This document shows, one piece after another, positions 34,436 to 42,519 of a DNA stretch of 64,000 nt. Every line of letters begins with the position of its first letter. The stretch's first letter is position 1. The position numbers and the translations under genes were made by a program. Source of the DNA: Rebecca billardiae RCC1528 (taxonomy: Eukaryota; Protista; Haptophyta); assembly GCA_965240325.2 (NCBI GenBank), contig OZ251232.1, positions 2,170,001 to 2,234,000 of the forward strand, written 5' to 3'. Below the pieces are notes generated by a model. That model saw only the letters and a program-made list of their open reading frames with translations, did no database searches and was not told where the DNA came from.

Positions 34436-35284
34436 CTACGTCATCAGCAGCCCGCTGGTACGAGGCAGCTTCGGCCGCGGCCGCAGGTTCCCGCGAGCCC
34501 CGCGCAGCGCAAAGAAGGTGACGTCGTGCATGACGCGCGGCGGCGCGGGCTCGTCCGAGGTGAGCGGCGGGATGGCGTAGAAGAAGCAAGAGCGGTCGCC
34601 CACGATGGCGGAGGCGAGGTGCGCGCCTTCGACGTTGGCGCCGGCGAGCTCGGCGTCGATCGAGAAGATCGCGCCGTGCAGGCTCGTGTCGCGCAGGTCC
34701 GCGCCGCACATGTTCGCCCCGGCGAGCGACGCGCCGCGCAGGTTGGCGCCGCGGAGGCTGGCACCGCGCAGGTCGACGTGCGAGAGGTCAGCCTCGGCGA
34801 GGTTGGCGAAGGCGAGCTGCGCGCCGGCGAGCGAGCACCAGCTGAAGGCGCAGCGCTGGAGGCAGAGCCGCGACAGGTCCAGCCCGCTGAGGTCCGTCGA
34901 CGCGAAGTTGGTGCAGCTCGCGCGCAGCAGCTCGACGACCTCGACGCGTGTCAGCTCGGGCGTGAGAGCGCCGGCCGCATGCTGCTCGAGGTTGTAGAAG
35001 CGCAGCTCCGCGACGAGCGCGGCCTTCTCCTCGGCGCCCTTGGGCAGGCGGAGCGTGCCGTCTCGCATGAAGTTGATGATCGCGCGGAAGTGCGTCGGGT
35101 CGCGGTCGATGAAGATCGAGCCGTCCGGCTCACGCAGCACCGCGTGCCGGCCGGAGAGCATCGCGGTGAAGAACGTGTCGTCGAAGCGGCACAGCGTCGA
35201 CTGCGTCGTGTCGAAGCGCTGGCCGCCGACGTTGAGCGTGATCCGCTCGGGGAGCTGCGCCAGCGCGCGCGACGAGGACGCCAT
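34436..35284 (-). CDS. BTB/POZ (KCTD-type) domain protein with pentapeptide repeats, KCTD9-like
   Basis: ITLNVGGQRFDTTQSTL...IFIDRDPTHFRAIINFMRDG...ELRFYNL followed by A(N/D/S)LxG pentapeptides. Confidence 0.92.
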   Translation of the reverse strand: MASSSRALAQLPERITLNVGGQRFDTTQSTLCRFDDTFFTAMLSGRHAVLREPDGSIFIDRDPTHFRAIINFMRDGTLRLPKGAEEKAALVAELRFYNLEQHAAGALTPELTRVEVVELLRASCTNFASTDLSGLDLSRLCLQRCAFSWCSLAGAQLAFANLAEADLSHVDLRGASLRGANLRGASLAGANMCGADLRDTSLHGAIFSIDAELAGANVEGAHLASAIVGDRSCFFYAIPPLTSDEPAPPRVMHDVTFFALRGARGNLRPRPKLPRTSGLLMT

Positions 35285-35860
35285 CGCCACCGCGCGCGCC
35301 CGTGCCCCTTCGGCCGCGACGGTGTAGCGGGCTGCCGCGGCAAGCTCTCCCACCGAGTGGACGGGCGGGCGGGATGCCGGGAACCGACTTTTTCCAGACT
35401 CCTGTGCCCGTTCGCGTCCAGAGCCCGTCTCGACGGGCGAGGCCCGGAACCACTGCGCAGGCGCGGCCCGGAGTCCCGGACCCGGACTGAGAATCGACTG
35501 GGAATGAGCTCGCTCGGCCTCTCGCCCGCCGCGGACACGCCCCGCGCCTCCTCCTCGCACCGGATGAAGTTCATCTGTTCATGCTGCGCTCAGAGACCAC
35601 ACACCCGTGCCGCCTGCGTCCCGGTCCGGATTGAGCTGTGAGCAGGGCGCAAATGCATAACACTGAACAGGCCGCGCTGAATAAATCGCCGAAGTCAGAT
35701 TGTCACAGTACAGATAACACTTAACAGATCAGTCATCAGACTCAGAGTCAGACACTTCGTAGCAGACGCGCGCTAATTGATTCATTCAGCAAGTTTTATC
35801 AGGTATTAATAATAAAACTTCAGGGCCGTGACGGATTTCCGACAGCCAGCCGTACTGAAG

Positions 35861-37753
35861 TTATTCGTGCAGCCCCGTCGAGCGGAACAACAGCGGCGGC
35901 CGAGCCCCGTCACCCGCGGCGGCCGCGCCCTTGGCCGCGCCGCGCCATCGCAGCCTCGCGCGCGCGCCCGCCAGCATGCCGACCAGCGCGTCGAACAGAC
36001 TGTACAGCGTCAGCCGCGCGCGCGCGCGCGCGAGCTTGAGCCGGCGGCGCCAGCGCGGCCCGCCGCGGCGCGCGAGCGCGCCCGGCGCGTGCCGCTGCTG
36101 CGGCTGCGGCGCCTCCAGCTCCGGCGCCTCCGCGAGCGCGCCGAGCGCCTCGAGCGCCTGCACGACGAACGTGTCCGCAGGGCGCGCGCCGAGCCGCGCG
36201 CCGACCGAGCGCAGCGCGTCGTTCGTCTTGAGGAGGAGGAGCACGGAGCGCGGCAGGCTCTCGAGCACCTCGACGATCGCCGCCGCGTACCGCGCCACGT
36301 CCGCGCGCAGCGCGTCGCGCGCCTTCGCGTCGTGCGCGAGCGCGGTCCGGACGTCGAGCCCCTCGAGCTGGCCGGTCCGGATTTGCGAGTACGGGCGAGC
36401 GGTCAGCATGGCCGCCAGCAGCGTGAACGAGTGGCCGGAGCGGAGGGCCTCGATCCGCGCCGAGCGCGCGCCGAGCGCGGCGCACGCCTCGCGCATCTCC
36501 TCCTCGTCCGCCGCCACGATCGCCGCCCACAGCTGCGCGTACCGGACTCGCACCGGACTCTCCACCTGCCGATACAAACCGTGGTCCAATAAAATAATCT
36601 GAGGCCCGCCGTCGGCCGCGCGGCGCACGAGCACGTTGCCCGGGTGCGGGTCGCAGTGCACGAAGCCGGTGCGGAACGTCATGTGCGCGAACACGCGCGT
36701 GAGCAGCCGCGCCGTCTCGCGCGCGTCCACCCGCGCGGCGCGCAGCCCCGCGAGGTCGGAGACCTGCACCCCGGGCTCAAACTGCATGGTGAGCACGCGC
36801 CTCGACGAGAGCGCCCGGTGCACAGCGGGCACGACGACGCGCTCGGGCGGGAAGCGGCCGCGCAGGCTGGCGATGCAGCGCGCCGCGTTGTCCGCCTCCA
36901 CCGTGAAGTCCAGCTCGCGCGGAAGGTTCTCCGAAACCTCCTCCACCAGCCACTGGAACCCGAAGCCCGGCACGGCCAATCGGACGAGGTCGACGAGCCG
37001 CGCGAGTAGCCACACCTCTGTGCGCGCCATCGCGAGCAGGTCCGGGTGCTGCACCTTCACGGCGAGGCGCCCGCCGCCGCGCGCGTCCGTCGCGACGTGC
37101 ACCTGCGCGAGCGACGCGCTCGCGATCGGCTTCTCCTCGAAGCTCGCGAAAAGGTTCTCCAGAGAATCGCCCAGGTCCTGCTCGATGGCGGCGCGCACGT
37201 CCGCGAACGGCGTCGTGCGGTTGCGGTCGAAGAGCGGGCGCAGCGCGACGACGTAGCCGTCGGGCACGAGGTAGTCGAGCAGGGCGATGTGCTGCCCGAT
37301 CTTCACGTAGATCCCGCCGTTCGCCTCGCACAGCGCGAGCAGCGCGCGCCCTCCGCGCTCGTGCGCGGCGCGCATCGCCGCGTCCGCGCCCGCGCTGCCG
37401 CGCGGCGGGAGCGCGCGGTAGTCGGCGACGATCGAGCCCGCGGTGAGCACGCACCGCCCGACACGCACGAGCGCGTGGCACATCGGCCGGTCGGTCGCGT
37501 ACAGCCCCGCCGCCGCCACCGCCGACGCGCCGACGCCGACCGCCACGCCGCGAGCGCCCCACGCGCACGCGCGGCCGAGCAGACTGCGCGCCACCGGCCG
37601 CGTCGAGAGCGCGCGATGGCTGGCGGGCGCCGCGGCGCGCGCGGCTGCGCCCGAGCCGCCGAGGTGCACGCTCGCCGCTCGCGTGCCCGCGCCCGCCGCC
37701 ACCGCGCCCGCGCGGGCCACGGCGGCGCGGCCGAGCAGCGCGGCGGCTGCCAT
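35861..37753 (-). CDS. ADCK1: ABC1/UbiB atypical protein kinase, ADCK1-like
   Basis: NGGIYVKIGQH, PIASASLAQVH, AVKVQHP, ELDFTVEA, HCDPHPGN, LLDHGLY; N-terminal targeting-like peptide. Confidence 0.92.
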   Translation of the reverse strand: MAAAALLGRAAVARAGAVAAGAGTRAASVHLGGSGAAARAAAPASHRALSTRPVARSLLGRACAWGARGVAVGVGASAVAAAGLYATDRPMCHALVRVGRCVLTAGSIVADYRALPPRGSAGADAAMRAAHERGGRALLALCEANGGIYVKIGQHIALLDYLVPDGYVVALRPLFDRNRTTPFADVRAAIEQDLGDSLENLFASFEEKPIASASLAQVHVATDARGGGRLAVKVQHPDLLAMARTEVWLLARLVDLVRLAVPGFGFQWLVEEVSENLPRELDFTVEADNAARCIASLRGRFPPERVVVPAVHRALSSRRVLTMQFEPGVQVSDLAGLRAARVDARETARLLTRVFAHMTFRTGFVHCDPHPGNVLVRRAADGGPQIILLDHGLYRQVESPVRVRYAQLWAAIVAADEEEMREACAALGARSARIEALRSGHSFTLLAAMLTARPYSQIRTGQLEGLDVRTALAHDAKARDALRADVARYAAAIVEVLESLPRSVLLLLKTNDALRSVGARLGARPADTFVVQALEALGALAEAPELEAPQPQQRHAPGALARRGGPRWRRRLKLARARARLTLYSLFDALVGMLAGARARLRWRGAAKGAAAAGDGARPPLLFRSTGLHE

Positions 37754-37867
37754 TCCGGCAGCACAGCAAGTAGTTCTGGCGATGCGCAGTCCGGGACGAT
37801 CTCTCGGGCTCTCCAAGGGTGGTCCCGGACTCTCCATGCGTTCACGGCGTGTCGAGATCTGATCACG

Positions 37868-40030
37868 ATGGACGTTCATCGCGAGGCGCAGCGCTACCGC
37901 AAGCGCCTGCTGCAGTGGACGGCGCAGCGCATGCAGCAGCCGGGCTTCTTCCGGCTGAGCGAGCGTGACTCCACCTACGTCGCGCTCGCCCGAGCGCGCG
38001 CGCGCGCCGACGAGCCGGCGCCGACGAGCGCGCCGGCGCCGGCTGCGGCCGCGCGCGAGTTGCCGGCGTGGCTGCGCGCTCACGCCGACACGGCGGCCGC
38101 GCTGCGCGCGCACGCACGGCTCCTCCCGCGCGGGCTGATCGAGCGCGAGGCGGAGGGCGCGCTCCTCGTCCTCGCGCTCGCGTGCGGCGAGCACGTCCTC
38201 CTCGTCGGCCCGCCGGGCACGGCAAAGAGCGAGCTGGCCCGGAGGCTTGCGAGAGCGATCGCGCCGCCGGCGCCCGGCGCGTCGGCCGCGCCGAGCGAGG
38301 CGCGCGTGAGCGACGAGGGCGCGGCCGCGGCGGCGGAGTGCGCGTACTTTGAGCGCCAGCTCTCGCGCTTCTCCCTGCCCGAGGAGCTCTTCGGCCCGCT
38401 CTCGCTCCGGGCGCTGGATCAGGACCGGTGCGCGCGCGCGCGCGCGCGCGCGCGTGCGCGTGCGCTTGCTTGCTCGCTGCGCAGGTGGCCCGTGCGGCCG
38501 CGCTTGCGCGCTTGCGCGCAAGCGCGTGCGCGCGCGCGTGGGTCGGTGGGTCGGGCGTGCCGGGGGCCCTCGTCGTGCGCCCTGTGCGGCGCTCACCCGC
38601 CACCGCCGCGCCGCGCCGCGCCCCACAGCTACGAGAGACAGACCGCAGGCTACCTGCCGCGCGCGCGCGTCGCATTTTTGGACGAGTTATTCCGCGGCTC
38701 GTCCGCGATTTTAAATGCGCTGCTCGGGCTGATGAACGAGCGGCTGTTCGACAACGGGAGCGGCGTGGTGGGCGTGCCGCTCGTCACGCTCGTCGGCGCG
38801 TCCAACGAGTGGCCGCGCTCCGAAGAGCTCGAGGCCCTGCTCGATCGATTCTTGCTCGTGCGCGCCGTCCGACCGATGAGCGGGCGCGGGCGCGCGCGCG
38901 CGCTGCTGCGCGGCGCGCACGCGCGGCAGCCGGCGGCGTGCGCGGCGGCGGCGCTCGAGCTGGGCAGCGTGGGCGCGCTGCGCGAGGACGCGCACGCGCA
39001 CGTCGCGCTGGGCGAGCGCGCGCGCACGCTGATGCTCGAGCTGCTCGACGACGCGGACGCCGCGGCCGCGCGCGCGCGCGCCGCGGCCGAAGTGGGCGCG
39101 GACCTGGGCGGCACGGGCGCGGGCGCGGGCGTCGGCGAGGCGGAGGACGACGGCGGCGTGCTGCTCGGCGAGGGGCCGCCGGTGTCCGACCGCCGGCTGA
39201 TGCAGACGGCGCGCGCGCTGCGCGTCGTCGCCGCGAGCTGCGGCCGCGCGCGCGTCAGCCCGTGGGACCTACTGCTCCTGCCGCTGTGCTGGCCGCGCGT
39301 GCCGCCCCTGCTGTCGCAGCCGGTGGCGGCGGCGGCGGAGCCGGCTGTGGCGGGTGCCGAGGGCGCGCGCGCAGCGTCGGAGGGCGCGGAGGGCGCGGCG
39401 CCGTGCGCGCTCACCGCCGCGGTGCTCCGAGCCGCGCCGCCGCAGCCCAGCCCGTCCCTCGAGGCGCTTGACCTCGCCCTGAGCGGGCTGCACGACGGCG
39501 TGTTTTGCGCCCTGTGCGCGGACCCCAACCCTAACCCTAACCCCAACCCTAACGCCGCTAGCCCTAACCCCAACCACCTGTGCGCGGGCGCGGACGGTGG
39601 CGGCGCGGGCGCGGACGACGGCGGCGCTGCCGCCGCGCTCGGCTTCGAGGCCGAGGCGGGCACGCTCGCGCGCGCCGCGGCGGACGCGCGCGCGCGACTG
39701 CTCCGAGCATGCGCCGAGGATGCCAGGCATCTCGGCGCGCACGCGTGGCTGCCCGGCGCCGAGCGGCGGCGCGCGCTCGGCGCGCTCCGCGGCGCGACCG
39801 CGCGCGCCGCGCAGAGGCTGGACGCCATCAGGGCCGACGCTCTGGCGATGCGCGAGTGGGCGCGCGAGCGCGCGCGCGCGGGCGCGTGGCCGTCGGCAGG
39901 GGCGGCGGTCGCGATGGCGCCCGCGCTCGGCGTGCGCGCGCTGCGCGAGCGGCTCTCGGCGGACGCGCCCACGGCCGAGAAGCGGCGCGCCATCGCGCTC
40001 ATGGACGAGCTGGGCGGCGTCACGCGCTGA
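37868..40030 (+). CDS. ravA: MoxR-family AAA+ ATPase, RavA-like (2 exons)
   Basis: GEHVLLVGPPGTAKS Walker A; PEELFGPLS; FLDELF Walker B; ILNALL..MNER; GASNE; LLDRF; in-frame intron 38428-38628. Confidence 0.88.
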   Translation: MDVHREAQRYRKRLLQWTAQRMQQPGFFRLSERDSTYVALARARARADEPAPTSAPAPAAAARELPAWLRAHADTAAALRAHARLLPRGLIEREAEGALLVLALACGEHVLLVGPPGTAKSELARRLARAIAPPAPGASAAPSEARVSDEGAAAAAECAYFERQLSRFSLPEELFGPLSLRALDQDRCARARARARARALACSLRRWPVRPRLRACAQARARARGSVGRACRGPSSCALCGAHPPPPRRAAPHSYERQTAGYLPRARVAFLDELFRGSSAILNALLGLMNERLFDNGSGVVGVPLVTLVGASNEWPRSEELEALLDRFLLVRAVRPMSGRGRARALLRGAHARQPAACAAAALELGSVGALREDAHAHVALGERARTLMLELLDDADAAAARARAAAEVGADLGGTGAGAGVGEAEDDGGVLLGEGPPVSDRRLMQTARALRVVAASCGRARVSPWDLLLLPLCWPRVPPLLSQPVAAAAEPAVAGAEGARAASEGAEGAAPCALTAAVLRAAPPQPSPSLEALDLALSGLHDGVFCALCADPNPNPNPNPNAASPNPNHLCAGADGGGAGADDGGAAAALGFEAEAGTLARAAADARARLLRACAEDARHLGAHAWLPGAERRRALGALRGATARAAQRLDAIRADALAMREWARERARAGAWPSAGAAVAMAPALGVRALRERLSADAPTAEKRRAIALMDELGGVTR
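39522..39576 (+). repeat. Interstitial telomere-like (CCCTAA/CCCCAA) tract inside a coding exon
   Basis: CCCCAACCCTAACCCTAACCCCAACCCTAA...GCCCTAACCCCAACC flanked by CCTGTGCGCGG direct repeats. Confidence 0.75.
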
Positions 40031-40613
40031 CTGGCTGACTTCCAGCCCCAACCACCGTTGCAGCCAGACTAATATTACTGATCCGACGGCGGTCCGGCGG
40101 ACGTCGGACTGCTCCGACGCGCCCCAGGCCTCGTCCTTATTAGTCGTAGTGGTTATAGAATGACGAGGCTACGGCCTGCGACTGCGTACGGCCACTGAGT
40201 GGTCTCAGACGGGCCGCGGACGGTACTCGTAAGCGTTACAACAGTTAACTTGAGACTCGCGGTCCAAGCGCCAATTCCGCGACGATAATTACGGAACGGA
40301 TGCCACCGCTTGCCACGCGACGACTGGCGGTCACTGACGAGTCGTCCGCCACGCGACAGCCGCACATCATCCGATCGGCGGGCGCCGGACGACGAAGTCG
40401 GAATAATAGCGTCGGATCATCGACTGCTGCTGACGAGTCGGATCGTACTCGTAACGGTCATTGGCGTCGTGCCTAACCCAGTGTGGCCGGCGGCCGGCGG
40501 GCGCCGCGCGGCGCCGCGCCGCATCAGACGTGATGAGGACAGGCATTGAAAACCTGGCCTCGTCGGCGGCCTCTGGCACCCTGCGGCGGCACCCTGTGGC
40601 GTCCCAGGGACCG

Positions 40614-41432
40614 TCACGTGAGTCTGATGCCAGGCTGCTGCTGCTCGGTGCTCGACGGAGCCGCCGCAGGCTCCACGTCTGACGCTGAGTCTGAGTCTGA
40701 GTCTGAGTCTGACTCTGCCGCCGGCGGTGCCGCCATGAGAGGGGCGCCGGGGATGCCACGCTCGAAGCGGCGTAAGCGCGCGTACTGCGGGCGCAGCATC
40801 TCGACCACGCGCACGACGCCCGCCCACAGGTCCTTCAGCTCGGCGTGGTGCTCCGCCTCGGCGAGGGCGGCGTGCGGCGCGCTCGCCGAGCGCACGTACG
40901 CGCGCGTCGGCAGCGCGCGCCTGGGCGCGCTGCCGTCGGCGCACGTCCAGCCGGCGTGGTGGTCGTGCGGCAGGCCGGACGACGTCGCCGCCGACGCGTT
41001 CAAGTTCATCACCACCTCGCCGCCGCCGCCGGAGCGCGTGACCGTCTCGCCGCATGGCATCTCGAGCCGCGCGCCGCACGAGAAGAGATCAATGGCGGCG
41101 TAGCCGTACTCGGGCCAGGTGTGCACGGAGGTGTGCGACTCGGAGAGGAGGACGACGCCCGTCACGCCCTGCGGGCTGAAGCGGTGGAACGCCGACTGCA
41201 GCACCGTCAGCCCCGCCGCCTCGGACGCGTCCGCGAGCACGCGCGCGAGGTAGCTCTCATCATCGAGCGTGTGCGCGCGCACACCCCAGACCTCCATGAC
41301 GAGGTGCGTGCCCAGGCGGTGCGAGAGGGGGCTGGAGACCGCGCCAGCGCGCAAGCCGCACGCTAGCAGCGCGATACCCGCGGGCCCGCGCAGACGCCCG
41401 CGGGTGCCGCCTCGCCTGCGCGCCGCCACCAT
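40614..41432 (-). CDS. speD: Pyruvoyl-dependent S-adenosylmethionine decarboxylase proenzyme, prokaryotic class
   Basis: GTHLVME...HRFSPQGVTGVVLLSESHTSVHTWPEYGYAAIDLFSCG...FERG; E/SH self-cleavage site. Confidence 0.88.
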   Translation of the reverse strand: MVAARRRGGTRGRLRGPAGIALLACGLRAGAVSSPLSHRLGTHLVMEVWGVRAHTLDDESYLARVLADASEAAGLTVLQSAFHRFSPQGVTGVVLLSESHTSVHTWPEYGYAAIDLFSCGARLEMPCGETVTRSGGGGEVVMNLNASAATSSGLPHDHHAGWTCADGSAPRRALPTRAYVRSASAPHAALAEAEHHAELKDLWAGVVRVVEMLRPQYARLRRFERGIPGAPLMAAPPAAESDSDSDSDSASDVEPAAAPSSTEQQQPGIRLT

Positions 41433-41636
41433 CCTGTGCCCGCTGCCGGGCGCGGCGGCCTTGTGTTGCGGCTTCCGCCACTGGGACGAGTCCGGATGCT
41501 TGCTCCGCTCGTTGTCTCGCTTGGTCTCGCCCGTCCAGTGGCAAAAAAGTCCGGCCGCGCTCCTGCGTTGGAGCCAGCGCTTGGTCTGATAATCCGGCTT
41601 AATTAGCTCGAGCCGCGTCCCTCGGCACTCGCAGTC

Positions 41637-41990
41637 ATGTTCGTGAAGAGCCTCATCCTCCTCGCGGTCGCGCTCTTCGGCTCGACCGACGCGCTGAAGG
41701 CGCCGCTGAGCAAGGTCAGCCTGACGCGCTCGACGGCCGCGAAGGCCGCGGGCGTCGCTGCCGCCCCCGCGCTCTTCTCGTCGGCGCCGGTGTGGGCGAA
41801 GGATGCGGCTCTGCAGGTGTCGCCGTACGGCACCGGCGGTGAGGGCACGGGCGACACTCTCGGCATCAACGACGGCTCGCTCCTCGGCGTGCTCGTGTTC
41901 ATCAGCGGCACCATCTTCGCTGCCTTCATCGCGAACTCGAAGGACGTGCCGGACGACGACTTCTTCGATGGCTACGACAGCCAGCGCTAA
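41637..41990 (+). CDS. psbW: Photosystem II reaction centre PsbW-like protein with signal/transit peptide
   Basis: Signal peptide MFVKSLILLAVALFG; AxA-like VWA site; EGTGDTLGINDGSLLGVL + TM + acidic tail as in PsbW. Confidence 0.75.
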   Translation: MFVKSLILLAVALFGSTDALKAPLSKVSLTRSTAAKAAGVAAAPALFSSAPVWAKDAALQVSPYGTGGEGTGDTLGINDGSLLGVLVFISGTIFAAFIANSKDVPDDDFFDGYDSQR

Positions 41991-42519
41991 GCGGCTTTTG
42001 TCGGGGGACCGTGTCGGCGCGCGCGCGCGTGACGACGGCATGGCGCGACGGGGCGCTCGCGTCTCTGCAGCGCGGCACGATGACGACGCACGGATACGCG
42101 CGTCGCGGAAAGTCGACTCAGAGGCGTGCCGGCGATCCCGTGATCCACAAGACTGATGACTGCCGTGTCGTGAGCACCGAGTCGGAAGCGGCGTCGGCGG
42201 CCGGTCCGCGCTCGCCCGGCGCGGTGCCAGCGATCGACCTCGAGACTGCCACTAAGGTGATCGCGAGGTGAATGTAGACCCTGAATCTGGCGTAGCTGAT
42301 TGACCGCCTCTGCTGTGATCGACGGCTGCCTCGGAGAGGAGTTGCGGCTCGCAGTCGCACCCCCAGCTGTCAAGTTGTCCCGTCTATTTGCGCGACCCGT
42401 TTCACGCCCGCGCGGGGGGGTGCCCGCGACGAGCCGGTCGCGAGCGCGGGGTCGCGCGGGCGTCTCGAAGGGCAAGAAAATACTTGCGGAAAAGCCCGCA
42501 GCAGCGGAAATTGAAATAA

